DNA of 63,969 nt, counting the filler, from Olpidium bornovanus S191 (Eukaryota; Fungi; Olpidiomycota), in assembly GCA_017911155.1 (NCBI GenBank). It is 31 parts of 31 records of this genome, joined end to end, with 100 filler letters (N's around TTAATTAATTAA, not from the genome) between each part and the next. Parts side by side here need not be neighbours in the genome. Positions count along the whole stretch, not along the records: positions 10,459 to 11,873 come from JAEFCI010000730.1; positions 11,974 to 13,741 come from JAEFCI010009392.1; positions 13,842 to 15,928 come from JAEFCI010005561.1; positions 16,029 to 19,011 come from JAEFCI010000834.1; positions 19,112 to 20,779 come from JAEFCI010008146.1; positions 20,880 to 21,984 come from JAEFCI010006134.1; positions 22,085 to 23,559 come from JAEFCI010010619.1; positions 23,660 to 24,795 come from JAEFCI010011102.1; 23 more parts are not named here. One strand, given 5' to 3'. The translations under genes and the position numbers were made by a program. This document shows, one piece after another, positions 11,415-23,853 of the stretch. The stretch's first letter is position 1; each line of letters starts with the position of its first letter. The notes beneath the pieces are model-generated. The model did no database searches, was not told where the DNA came from, and worked only from the letters and a program-made list of their open reading frames with translations.

Positions 11415-12260
11415 TTCAGGCGCTGACAAAGAAAAACAAGACGTACTGAACGTTACGACAACAAAGCGGGCGCTCCCTTCGCAGCCCCGCAGACACAACA
11501 GGATCACGAGCTTGCCGAGGAGCCCAACCTGGGGTGGGGGCAGGTGCCCCGGAACGGAGGGGGGAAGGGAAGAAAGAAGAGGAGAGGGAGCGGGGGGGGG
11601 GGGGAACCTTGGTTCGTCGCGTGCTTTTTGCGGTTGGCGTCGCTTAAACAGCCGACGCCCCAGCCTCTTAGATGCCCAGGTAGGGCGCCCGCGCCGTCGG
11701 GTGGATAAACACCCGGCCTCTCGCAGGCACTTTTCCCGGGCGTCACGCACCCTCGCGCCTCGCGGGGCCAGCCGCCGAGCGGACGGGCGTCCCCTTTCCA
11801 CCACCGCCGCAAGGGCGGAGGAGAAAAGCGCGGAAAAAATCATGAGTCCGAACTGGGGAAAATCCCCCCCCCCNNNNNNNNNNNNNNNNNNNNNNNNNNN
11901 NNNNNNNNNNNNNNNNNTTAATTAATTAANNNNNNNNNNNNNNNNNNNNNNNNNNNNNNNNNNNNNNNNNNNNCCCGGTGAAGGGGAGCGAGGGCTGCCG
12001 GTCGGAACGGCTCTAGTTGTTCTGCGCGCCACAGGCCTCCCGTCGTCACGAGCGCGCGCGGTCGCCTCCACGCGCCGACTCTCTGTTCCTAATGCCGGCG
12101 TTGGCGCGAGGGCGGGGAGCGGCAAGTGCGCGAGCGGACACGGTCAATACTTGTCACGCAACGGTCGAAGGAGCACTTATAACCTCAGATTTCCCCTCGC
12201 CCGCCGACCCGCTCCGCCCCGGCGTTCCCTTTGATCTTAACGCGTAACGCCTTTTACTAG

Positions 12261-13740
12261 GCCAGTGGTACGTCAACATCTTTGGCTGTTGAAATGACAG
12301 CCACACTGTTCTCAAAAATTTACTGACAGTTCTCAGCGCTGATCGGCGGGGCTTTGTTTCTACAGCGGCAACCAGATCACAAGCGCGTTCTGGCAAACCC
12401 TTGCAGACGAACATGGGTTTGACGCGACCGGCCACTATGTCGGTGACAATGATCTACAGCTCGCCCGCAGCGACGTCTACTTTAGCGAAGCGCAGGGCGG
12501 GAAATATGTGCCCCGCACGGTGCTGGTAGACCTTGAGCCCGGTTGGTGACGGTTTTTGCGGTCTCGCGGCAGTTCCCCGCGTTTCGCGGAAATTCTGGCG
12601 AACTGACGCGTTTTACCGGCTCTGGGAAAAACGCACGTTCCCAGGGACGATGGACGCCATCAAATCTAGCCCCTATGGCAACCTTTTCCGGCCCGACAAT
12701 TTCGTGTTTGGCCAGAACGGCGCCGGCAACAACTGGGCAAAAGGCTACTACACCGAGGGTGCCGAACTCGCGGAAACGGTCCTTGATGTTGTCCGCAAGG
12801 AAGCGGAGCACTGCGATTGTCTTCAAGGCTTCCAGCTTGTGCATTCTCTTGGAGGCGGGACCGGCTCTGGGCTGGGCACCCTGCTGTTGTCTAAAATTCG
12901 GGAGGAATTTCCGGACAGGATGATGGCGACGTTCTCTGTGTTGCCGTCTGCTAAGGTTCGCCCCTGTTGCCATGCGTTGAATCATTTTGCAGAACATGCG
13001 GAATGTTTTCGTGACATTTTGCCTTTATTATAGGTGTCTGACACGGTCGTCGAGCCGTATAACTGCACCCTTTCCCTCCATCAGCTGTCGGAAAACTCGG
13101 ACGTGTCCGTCTGCCTGGACAACGAGGCGCTCTATGACATCTGTATGCGAACGCTGAAGATCTCGGCCCCGAGGCACGGCGACCTGAACCATCTGGTGTC
13201 CTGCGTCATGTCCGGCATCACGACTTGCTTCCGGTTCCCCGGCCAGCTGAACGCCGACCTCCGCAAGCTGGCCGTGAACTTGATCCCCTTCCCGCGCCTG
13301 CACTTCTTTTCAGTCGGCTACGCACCCCTGACCGCCCGCGCTTCTCAGAATTACCGCGCTGTCTCCGTTCCGGAGCTCGTTTCCCAGATATTTAGCCCTG
13401 AAAACATGATGTCGGCGGCCGACCCCAGGCACGGGCGGTATCTCTCATGCACCGGTGCGTCAGTCCGGCCTTGTTGGTCTCTTGCGACTGGTGTGCGCGG
13501 ATCCGACAGAGATTTTCCTTTCAGAGAGCAAGCGAAATAATTCTCTAAAACTTTGCATGCCGCTAATTGCCTTTATTCGCCACCGCGGGATCGACACAGC
13601 CCTGTTCCGCGGAAAACTTAGCATGAGGGAGGTGGAAGAAACATTCAGCACTTTCCAGTCCAAGCACGAAGCGAGTTTCGTTCAGTGGATTCCCAACAAC
13701 TGCAGCACGGCCGTCTGCAGCATCCCGCCCAAGGCCAGCA
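12261..13740 (+). CDS. TUB2: Divergent beta-tubulin; first exon(s) not located, 3' truncated
   Basis: 7-nt microexon 12261-12267, then [93 protein letters not shown] and FVQWIPNN. Confidence 0.93.
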
Positions 13741-14136
13741 ANNNNNNNNNNNNNNNNNNNNNNNNNNNNNNNNNNNNNNNNNNNNTTAATTAATTAANNN
13801 NNNNNNNNNNNNNNNNNNNNNNNNNNNNNNNNNNNNNNNNNAAAAAAAAAAAAAAAAAAAAAAAAAAAATGACGCGAAAAACGCGGCAAAAATCGAGAGA
13901 AACCCCGTGGGGGAAGAGATGGGGGTGCGCCGTGCCGCCGCCACGGAGAGGAAAAAAGTTAACAAACAAATAAAAAATAAACAGTAAAACGCGACGCGCC
14001 GGGTGGAAGTCCGCTGCTTTGCAAACGGGCGAGAAGACACCCCACCGCACCCCGCTCCCCCGGGGGACGAACGGGGCGGGCGGAACGCGCGCGGAGGCCC
14101 CTCGCCGCCTGCAACGCGCGCGAGCGCCCCACGCAC

Positions 14137-14208
14137 CTGCAGCTTCTTGACGATGTTTGCGGTTCCCTGAAACTGCTGGCCTTCGAAGGTCAACATAGAC
14201 ACGTCCTT
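14137..14208 (-). CDS. NTF2: Nuclear transport factor 2, single internal exon
   Basis: 72-nt AG/GT-bounded exon KDVSMLTFEGQQFQGTANIVKKLQ, matching the NTF2 motif SMLTFEGQQFQG..I.EKL. Other exons were not clearly found. Confidence 0.75.
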
Positions 14209-14284
14209 CTGCTCAACCCGGCGATGCGAAGGTAAAGCGAAGGGACGGCCGGTCCGCAGGGGCCGGGAAGCAGCGAAGGCGGTC

Positions 14285-14321
<37 letters not shown>

Positions 14322-14850
14322 GGCAGGGGGCAGGGGGCCCGGCCCCCCCCCCCGGCCCCCCCCCCCCCCCCCCCCCCGTTTGCCCCTGGTGCTCTCGCGA
14401 TTTCCCCCCTGGCCCAAAACAAGCTGTGTATGAATATCGTGGATGCAGCTTCGTTACAACATCCGCGTTCGTTTTTTGTTGGCAAGCCTGTGCCGAGTTT
14501 TTAGCAACCATAATTCCGGCAGATCTACAAAGTTTCTAAGCGAAGAGAGGGTGTTCTGTGTCGGGAAGAAAAAGCTAGGGAAACGGGGAGCATGAGGGGG
14601 ATAAGGCTGGTGAGGAGGAGAAGTGGGCTACGCGTCGCCTTTTCCCAACTAGCAGGAAAAAGCTCCTCCCCACCCCACGTCGTGCGGGTGAACTGTCTCC
14701 ACGACTCCCCGAATGCTACGTTCTTCCCCCCCCCTTCCCCGTCGACCCAAAGTGCCGACGGCAAAATCAAGCGCATCGGCTCGCTATCAGGTACACACGA
14801 CGTTCTCCTCCGGGTGAATTGCCGCTCGCGCGCGCGCTCCGCCTAGCACC

Positions 14851-15674
14851 TCACAGTCCGTTTGAGAACCTCGACGGATGAGGCGAGAACGCCGCGAGTT
14901 GCGTAGACGAGGCGGCGGCGGAGGCGGCGTGAGGCGAGGTGTTGGCGGTCGGCGGCCTCCGGCCGTTCCAGAAATCCGCCTGCTTCTTCGTCTCGTAGTT
15001 GGCGACCAGCGCCACCGTCGTCGTGAGCAGCGATCGAATTTGCCTCTGCAGCTGCAGCTGGTCTTCTTCCAGTCGCGCCGCTGCCGAGAGCGCGGGAGGG
15101 GGCCCGGAGGCGGTTGCGCCACCCCTCGACGATTCCGCGGCGGCAGAGGCGGCGAGCGCCGTTGTTTCCGCGGGCCGCGAGGAAAAGGCGGACGCTTCGG
15201 ACGATCGCAACGGCGGGCAGGTGAGCTCTGAACCGGCAGCCGGCAATGGCTGAACCGCCAGCACCGGGGAAGGATCGACCGGTAGGCACGGAGCCGCGCC
15301 GCGGCTCGCCTCCAACGCCAACAGCTGCTTCAGACTGTTTTCGGCAAGCCGCGACTGCTCAGCATGTTTTAGCCGCACGAAAACAGGATCCACGTGCCAC
15401 GCGTCAAATACCTGCCGCGGGTAGGTGTAGTGAGTACACCACTGTTTCTGAGGGAAGCCGGGCAGAGAAATACGCATGCGACTGTCCGTACAACATTTCA
15501 AAAAAGTCAGAATGAACTTTACCGCCGTCTCCTCGTACGTGTAGCGGGCCGGGAACGGCGGCATGTGCTCGAGAACGTATTCCGGCCGGATTGGGGACGC
15601 ATACTCCGGGATAAGCGCCTTCGCCGCTACCTCCGCGCGGTCGTCTCCAATCGTTGGTAATCGTGCAGTGGTTT
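14851..15674 (-). CDS. TAF8: TFIID subunit TAF8 (C-terminal domain), 5' part missing
   Basis: RPEYVLEHMPPFPARYTYEETA|VFDAWHVDPVFVRLKHAEQSRLAENSLKQLL matches the TAF8_C pattern P.YIP.HLP.FP..HTY..T...D...IR.K...Q.R..E.AL..L. Confidence 0.7.
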
Positions 15675-16075
15675 CTGCGGGAGAGGTAACCAGGAACAGC
15701 GGTAAACTTTAGTGCAGATTTCGTTCGCCGAGCGGCGCCGCTGCAGGAGTGCGGCGAAAATAACGGTTCGGGAGCGCGTTGCGGCCAACGTCAGGATGGA
15801 ATGCTGACATGTCCTCTCCTCGCCGCAGGCTCCAATTCCAACTTGGAAGGTCAGAGATGTACGACGCCATCCCAAGGGCACCACCACCAGCGGCAAACTA
15901 AGCCAGAAACAGCTCTTCCCACCGGAACNNNNNNNNNNNNNNNNNNNNNNNNNNNNNNNNNNNNNNNNNNNNTTAATTAATTAANNNNNNNNNNNNNNNN
16001 NNNNNNNNNNNNNNNNNNNNNNNNNNNNCATGGACGCGGACCCATCCGTTTACATCCTGTCGTACACGCGCACAG

Positions 16076-17097
16076 GTGGACAAAAGTCTTCGTTTAAGGG
16101 CACATCCATCCGGGTCCAACAAACCGGCAGGGTGATCCTGCGGACGACCAAGTATCCAGAAATATACATCATCACTTACCCAGAGATTCACATTCGAAGG
16201 TGGAAGTCCTTGCGCGTTACCGGCTGCCGTGAACTGCGAACCTTGGAAAAGGTCACTAAGCAGCATCCTACGTTGTGTGCAGCCTTTACACCGGTAGTCC
16301 ATTTCTGGAGCTAACAGCAGGATGCGATATCCGCTCGAGTAATGGCCTCACGGCCAGTATCACGTTTGTTCCAAAGCCGTGGTTCACAGGTACGATATTA
16401 TTTCGCTTTTGTTTTTTTTCCCATCTGATTGCGGGACCTACAGGTTGACGGGAACTGCGTTCCGGCAATTTTTGCCACGGCTTCTCGACTTTCACCTCAA
16501 TCAGGAACTTATCACCAGTTTAACGTGAGCGTGTTCCGCGACCCCAGCAAGCCGCTGTACACCGGCTCGGGCCGGTGGATGGCAACATCGTTCATTACGG
16601 AGGTGGCCACGAACTCCACCGAGACGCTGTTTGATGCGGAAGCGTCCCCGATGAGCGAGCGGATAGTGGCACCGACGGAGCAACAGCATCCACTTGAGAG
16701 CCGTAAGCTTTGGCTCAAGGTGACCAAGGCGATAGAGGCTGGAAACTACTCGATTGCTACAGAAGAAAAGAGAATTATCGAGGAAGCGCAGCGCCAAGCG
16801 AAGCGCGAACGAGAGAGCAGCGGCGCCGAATGGCAGCCGAAGCTATTCCACTTCGTCCGCGACGACCACGCCGAAAAAAACCTGGACGGGTTTCTTATTT
16901 CCCCAGCCGAGGCCATCGTCGCAGGCAACGGCGGCCGCGAAAAGAAGAAAAAAGACAAGAAGCCGTTTTCTGCAACATCTGGTCAGGCTTCTCCGTCCTC
17001 CTCCGGCAGTGACGCAAGCGACCTCCCCGAGTTACCTCCTGGCGAGGGCGGCTCGTGGATCTACAACGAAAGTTATCACCTCAAACAAAAGACGTGA
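16076..17097 (+). CDS. Oxysterol-binding protein, Kes1/Osh4 type, 5' truncated
   Basis: GGQKSSFKGTSIRVQQTGRV, EIYIITYPEIHIR, GSPFLELT..CDIRSSNGL, KPWFTG, VAPTEQQHPLESRKLW.KV..AI, ATEEKRIIEEAQR and WQPKLFH. Confidence 0.88.
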
Positions 17098-18046
17098 CGG
17101 CAGTCATGGAGAAAAAGGCACTCCCGATACCTGGCTGCGGCGTTCCGCGTCACGCGCAGTCCCCTCCCGGTTGTTCGCGTGTATAACGGCGTCCGCTGCG
17201 CTCGTCATCTGTTTCGCCCGGTCCGTCTTCACTCTTTCGTTTTGCCTTGAACTGACCGTTAAGCCCAGGCGCAAAACCGCCTCTGGCGTCGCCATTCTTT
17301 TCAAGTGAGCGGAACTCCATGGTCGTGATCGTGCATTGCTTCCTCCCCTCCCTATTGTCGTTAGATTATTGGGCGTTAGTTCCGCCTGCTTAGAGAACCG
17401 CTTCGGCACCGGCGTGAATGGAAATTCCGGGCCGGCTCCGGGGCGCCGGAACGTCACGTCGCAAACCGCCCGGCAGACAGACGGCGGCCCGACCGCGGGG
17501 CCAGCTCCCGAATGCCGTGCGCAACAAGTGTGCTAGTATGGGCTTTACTAAAGTCTCTCAACCGCTGGACTGAGCCTGGGTCTGCTCTGCTAATGTGGGG
17601 GGCACGTTCGACCACTGCGGAACAAGGTAACCTCAAATCGCGAGGCAACAAGTTTTAAAGGGGCGGTTCGACAGTATATTTGGGTTTGGTGTGCAAGTTT
17701 GCTGCGCACTCTCTTCTAGACGAGGGTGAGAAGAACCTTTTACCACCGCGAGGGGGGTTCCAACACAGCAACCAGAAAGAGATTTTGTGTAGTCGAGGAG
17801 GAGCATACGGTACAGCAGAGCGCATTTGGGGCCCGCAGGCTTAGGCGTCACGGCGGTACGCCAATCCCGGCGGGACTTCCTCAGGCGCGGGGGGGTGGTC
17901 AAAACCGCCGACGGGCGCATCCGCTAGCGGAAAGGAACACAAAGAAAACAGGCCAGGCAGGTGAGCAGGCGGCTGAGAAAACCATCTTCTGAAAATAGAA
18001 AAATACTCTCCTGCTAGTTTGGGAGCCGAGTTAAGTTAGGTTTTCT

Positions 18047-18083
<37 letters not shown>

Positions 18084-19413
18084 GAAAAACCAACTATTAG
18101 TTACATTTCCGTAGTTTGCCTGCACAATTCAGACTGGGGTTTTGCCGCGAAAACCTGTACTGCGCTTCGAGATAGCGAGGGGATGAATTAAGAAAAAAAA
18201 AAAAAGGGTTGGGGGGGGGGGGGTGGCGGGGGCGGGGAGCCCAGAGACGGCTGCGGTAAACAGATCAACGAGGGGTGCGAACTGTCGCGCAAACGCAGCA
18301 GCTCGAAGCCGGGGACCGCCTTGGAAGGAGCAGAACGCGGAGATGCAGGGCGGGAGCGGTCTGAAAACCGGATTGGCCCCGCGGATTCTGGCCGAAAAGG
18401 CCCTCACGCAACCTACCGGTTCCAACAGGCAAGGTCGAGGTCCGCAGCCGCTGTCCACGACGGCCCCGCCCGTTCGCTTTCGCCGCGCACGTCTTTCGCG
18501 GGCGGTACTTACGGTCAATGATGCTCCGCGACCGAGGGCTCCCCCCTTCGCTGGTCGGTATTACTACGCAAGTCGTTATTTTTTTTTTCGTGTGATCAAG
18601 ACCGTTTGGTCGAGGGGGGAAGGGGGGACGGAAGCCGGCAAAAATATTTGTTGTGATACCACGCCTCGAAGGGGGGGGGGCCAATTCTGTAGGAAAAAGG
18701 GGGGGGGGGCGCAGCCAGGGGGCACCACGGATAGAGCTCCTACACGAATTACGTCCCCCTTTCCCCCTTTTGTAGAATCCGCACGGAATCCCAACATAAA
18801 TAGGCGAGGAATCTGTAGAATCAAAACACCGCGAAGAAACAGAACAGTATTTTCCCTTTTCGAATCCTTGCGCGGCTCCCTTGGATTTCCCGGGGTCTCC
18901 CCCGGAGGGCATATTTTACCACAGGTTATGTTTATGAGCCCAAACCGCGGACTCCCCGTCAAAGAAGCAAACGCAAACCTTCTACTCCCAGTACGCGGAC
19001 GCGGAACCATGNNNNNNNNNNNNNNNNNNNNNNNNNNNNNNNNNNNNNNNNNNNNTTAATTAATTAANNNNNNNNNNNNNNNNNNNNNNNNNNNNNNNNN
19101 NNNNNNNNNNNACTAGGCGACAGTATCAAAGAGTAGAGTAGAGTAGAATAGATTTGTATCGCCCGAAAATACAGACCAGACAGACAGGCAGACGATGAGT
19201 CCTTTGTACAGCCTCCTTTTCTCGTCTCCATGACGAACGCCCGGCGGCGCTCTGCTCGACAACCGTCGGGTGGGCCCTGTCCGAAAAGCCAAATCACGTG
19301 ACTTCGGCTCCCACACGGGTGCCCCCACCCTTTCGTCGCAATCAAATTTTTTGCGAGCCACGGGTTCGTTTGGACACAGCGCTGGCGTTTCGCTGAACCA
19401 GAAACTGAGGCCC

Positions 19414-20742
19414 ATGGCCGGCGAAGGAGCTACTCCCGGCACTGCGGTCAAGCGGTCAAACCCGCTCGCGGACTCGAACGGAGAAGGCGGGGGCGCGCCA
19501 GGCCCAAAGCGAACGAAGCGGACCGATGACGGCGGCGGCGGCGGCGACAACGGAGGGCCGGTGCGTCCCGCTGTCGGGCAGGACGACGCGCCAGACGCAG
19601 TCGGGATAATCGGCCATCTGACTGGCGGCTCCGCGGCGCCGGACCACGACGGTGGCGGACACGGCGGAGATTTGGTAGAGCCTGACACCACGAACCCCTA
19701 CGTCACGGGCCAAAGCCCGGCGCGGTGGCGCCCAAAGCGGACATTCGTGCGCGCCTCCAACGAAAGGAGACCAGCCAACGACGCGAAAATTGGTGACAAG
19801 GCACGAACCTGTGCAACGACTGGGCCTTGTTGCGTGGGCTTTTCGGGAGCAGCGGGTGGGGGAATGGGAGACGGGGTGGGGTGCCATTTGCTGATGCTTC
19901 CACCCTACCCTCTTGCCAGATCTACCCGCATGGGAATTACAGAGGCTACTACAAGAAACGTTTCCCGTACCTCGCCGTCGGGACTCGGGACCCCCGGCTG
20001 TGTGCGCTACCTGAGGGCTTCTTCAAGCACAAACGAGTACTGGACGTTGGTTGCAACTGCGGTTATATTACCATCGAAATAGGTGTGCCCGCCGGGACTT
20101 CCACTCTCTTTTGCTGTGAACGAACACTCCGGGCGGCCGCTGGCTTACGCAACCGCACCCGCCTCCTCAGCCGCGAAACTTGGCGCCAAGAGGGTGATCG
20201 GCATCGACATCGATGACCAGCTCATTAAGGAGGCGCGCGGCAACGTGCTGGACCGTTGGTCGCTGACAAACCCTGCTCCCGATGACTTGCAGCACCAGAA
20301 CCAGTGGGCCGACGCCGACGTCCCGTTCGACTACATGCCCTCGTGCATGCCCGCCATTTTCGGCAGAAGAAAAGTCCCCGCGGGTCGCAGGCGCTTTCCC
20401 GCCAACCTGGAGTTTGTTGCCGGCGACTGGCTTCATGACGCGACGGAAAGGGATAGACCGGGCAGCTTTGACGTTGTCTTTGCGTGAGCCTTATTTGTTC
20501 CAGCCAACCGTATAAGTCGGAGAACGGGTGTGCTGTTAGAGGAAGTGAGAGTCGTTTGACCTTTTTTTTTCCTGTTCGGTACATCTAGCTTGAGCGTGAC
20601 AAAGTGGATTCACCTCACCAAGGGCGACGCTGGGATCCGGAAATTTTTTAATAAGGTCCATGCTGTGCTGTCACCCGGCGGAAAGTTCCTCTTGGAGGCG
20701 CAGCCGTACATCAAGTACAAAAACTCAAAGCTTGTGAATTCC
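19414..20742 (+). CDS. BIN3: Bin3/MePCE-family RNA 5'-methylphosphate capping methyltransferase, 3' truncated
   Basis: HGNYRGYY, DPRL, RVLDVGCNCGYITIEI, RVIGIDIDDQLI, FPANLEF..GDW, FDVVFA|LSVTKWIHL..GDAGI..FF and GG.FLLEAQPY. Confidence 0.9.
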
Positions 20743-21935
20743 GTGAGCAATCGGCGACATTTTTGGATCCCTATTTGTGNNNNNNNNNNNNNNNNNNNNN
20801 NNNNNNNNNNNNNNNNNNNNNNNTTAATTAATTAANNNNNNNNNNNNNNNNNNNNNNNNNNNNNNNNNNNNNNNNNNNNCTCGTGGATGGGAAGCTCGGT
20901 GGGGCGGCGTTGTTGACCGGTTCAACAACGCCTTTTCCTTCTCTTTTTTGTGTGGCAAACGCATACAGCCAGTGTCAGTGCGGTGGGAACGCACACCAAG
21001 CTAGTGAGACCGTCGTTCCCCGTAGGGTAATCCCTTCTGAAAATTTCCCACTCCACCGGCGTCCTCGAACCGCGCGTTCGGGACCGGTCGCCCGTCCGGA
21101 CTCCCCTTTTCACCCCGGGTGAAAAAAGCTGTTCGGCGCGTCAAAATTCCGGCCGGCGCCGGCTTTTCGCTGCCGCGCGCGTTGCCTCTCGGGCACGCGG
21201 TGCGGGCTCTGGATTTGGCGAGTCCCTCGGCCGCGACAGGTTGCAAGGGCTTTGCTCCGTGGCTTTTTCTAAGCTCGCCCGTCGTTTTTTTCCGCTGCTT
21301 GCGGTCGGGGTAGCGCGGGCAAGCTCGAATTTTCGAGCTGTAAATTCCGGTGAGACCAATTCTGGACCTTTTTGTTTGCCAGGCCCGATCTCCTTCCCTG
21401 TTTGCGCGCAGATTTGTTGAGACCCCTTTTTATGTTCTCCGTTTCGAAAAAACGTTTTCGCCGTCTTTCTTTGCTTTTTTTTTTCCGTTGCTGAATCCCT
21501 TAAGTTACATGGGCTTGCGCGAAAAAGACGAAAATATAAATGTGAAATGTTTGTGTACACAGCAAAAAAAGCTTGCTGCTGGTTGGGAGACGCATGTCGT
21601 CCGGGGCGGGGAAAGAGGGGTGGCCGAAAAATGGCTGCGTTTTATGAGAAAAAATAATAGCGATCCGGACCTCTTCCCCGGAATCGACGAGGTTTCCACG
21701 GGAGATGGAGGGGAAGTGGGCGGGGAAACGCGGAATGCTCATGCAGATGTTTGTTGCGGGGAAGCGCGTGTGTGTGGGTGAGGGAGGGCGGTAGGCGGGG
21801 CGCCCTCATGACGTGTTGGTTTTGGTTCACAAAAAGAAAAAAAAAATATTAGCGCCGACAGTGGGGACGATCCCGGAGTCTGGCGCGCGGTAAAAACGAG
21901 GTTTTGCCGCAGCCGCGGAGGCGGGTTGCAGCCCG

Positions 21936-21971
<36 letters not shown>

Positions 21972-22084
21972 GGGAGGGGGCAACNNNNNNNNNNNNNNNN
22001 NNNNNNNNNNNNNNNNNNNNNNNNNNNNTTAATTAATTAANNNNNNNNNNNNNNNNNNNNNNNNNNNNNNNNNNNNNNNNNNNN

Positions 22085-23100
22085 CAGGTCGCCAATGTCG
22101 CCACATTTCCAGGGATGGCGGCTATGGCGCGGCGGACAGAATCTGACAAGTTCTCCAGGTACTGGAGCATCAGGCTTGAGTTGTCAGGACTCCTGTCCAT
22201 CATGTAGGTGTGCCAGTGGCCAGAAGATCCGTAGGGAAAATCTTTGCGGTTCGCTTCCATACAGCAAATGCTGGTCCTGCGAGCGTGCTGGCCGCGAGCT
22301 GCAATGCGGCTGCATCATCGAGATGTCCAACTTCGAGTGCTGACTCTAACTTGGTCGCCCGTTCGTCGAGAACCGTTGGTGTGATTGTCACCTGCCCCTT
22401 CGCGCTGCCGAGCGTAGGGACCTTGCTGAACAGCGTCTTGGCGATTCCCGTGAGCGAGGAGGAGAGGAGGACAGCGGTTCAGATTGGCTCCCCGGAACCG
22501 GGCCGTTTTGGGCCTGCAGAGTACTTGGATAGCACGACCAGGTCCTTGCAAGGTGCGAAACGCGCCGATTTAACATCTCTCTGGATTCCACGAAAATCGC
22601 GACAGAGACCTCCAATCTCAAAAAAAACCTCGCCCACGTTCGGATACTCTCGATGTCGACGTTTCGTATCAAAGTCTCCAGCAAATCTCCCTAAGGCTAG
22701 ATCCAGAGAAGAACATAGATGGAGTTGGGACTGGAGCCCCTGGGGCCGTCGGGGCTGCCGTTAAGTCGAGTTTTTGACCCAGCAATCCGTCCTCTGGCAC
22801 CGGCACATGCGCATGCATACGAGCCATGCGTGCCGATCGATCTGGCGTCGCTTGCAACTGTGCATCAAAGTAGAAACTGCGTTCGCGCTCTTCCGCGTCC
22901 TCTGCTTGTTGGCGACATTGGGCAATGACAATGGAATCGTTCAGACCGATCTCCTTGTTGCTGAGAGCGTCATCATCATCGCTCTTGTCGCACACCTCCT
23001 CAAGGACTTCCTCAAGGTCTCTCTCGGCTTCTTCGGCCTTCCGGCGTTCGCGCTCTGTGTCCTCCTGAGCACGCCGCTTGTCTTCCTCAGCTCGTTGGAG
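22085..23100 (-). mobile_element. Degenerate, frameshifted ORF remnant, possibly transposon-derived (coiled coil followed by gag-like segment)
   Basis: No evident introns. The readings RAEEDKRRAQEDTERERRKAEE.., ..GIAKTLFSKVPTLG..ALQLAASTLAGPAFAVWK..* and MLQYLENLSDSVRRAI lie in different frames; a tandem array lies immediately upstream. No diagnostic domain recognised. Confidence 0.3.
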
Positions 23101-23108
23101 CCTGATAT

Positions 23109-23207
23109 GGTTTGGACGGGGAGTCAACGGTTTGGACGGGGAGTCAACGGTTTGGACGGGGAGTCAACGGTTTGGACGGGGAGTCAACGGTTTGGACGGG
23201 AGTCAAC
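23109..23207 (+). repeat. 20-nt tandem repeat, 5 copies
   Basis: GGTTTGGACGGGGAGTCAAC at 23109, 23129, 23149 and 23169, plus a 19-nt copy at 23189; no spacers. Confidence 0.95.
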
Positions 23208-23384
23208 GGTTGGGCTGATAGCCTGTTGAATTCGGGTTTGAAGAGGAGCTCCCAAGAGCTTCTGTATTCCGCCGATCTAGCCGGTTTTATGTAGACGGAT
23301 TCAGGGGGAAATCTCGGGGCGGGTGCGTGCAGTGCTACGGTACCTCGGTTCCCCCTTTATTCCTAACACGTGCCCTTCCCCCCC

Positions 23385-23428
<44 letters not shown>

Positions 23429-23474
23429 ACCCGCGTCCGCCCCCGCAGTTTGAGGAAAAAGAAGGGAAAGGGGG

Positions 23475-23549
<75 letters not shown>

Positions 23550-23685
23550 GGCCCCCCCCNNNNNNNNNNNNNNNNNNNNNNNNNNNNNNNNNNNNNNNNN
23601 NNNTTAATTAATTAANNNNNNNNNNNNNNNNNNNNNNNNNNNNNNNNNNNNNNNNNNNNAATGTATAAAAAAAAAAAAAAAAAAC

Positions 23686-23730
<45 letters not shown>

Positions 23731-23767
23731 AAAAAAGGGGTTTTTTTTTTGGAAAAACAACCGGGGG

Positions 23768-23801
<34 letters not shown>

Positions 23802-23853
23802 AGAAATCAAAAAAAAAAGAAAAAATAAGGTTGGCTTTCCGCCGGCACCGGAC

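Noticed and set aside
17100-21984. ORFs at 17100-19011 and 20880-21984
   Set aside because: They look like intergenic or promoter DNA with homopolymers; no supported product.
23109-23207. CRISPR-like array
   Set aside because: The repeats abut with no unique spacers, the context is eukaryotic and there are no cas genes.
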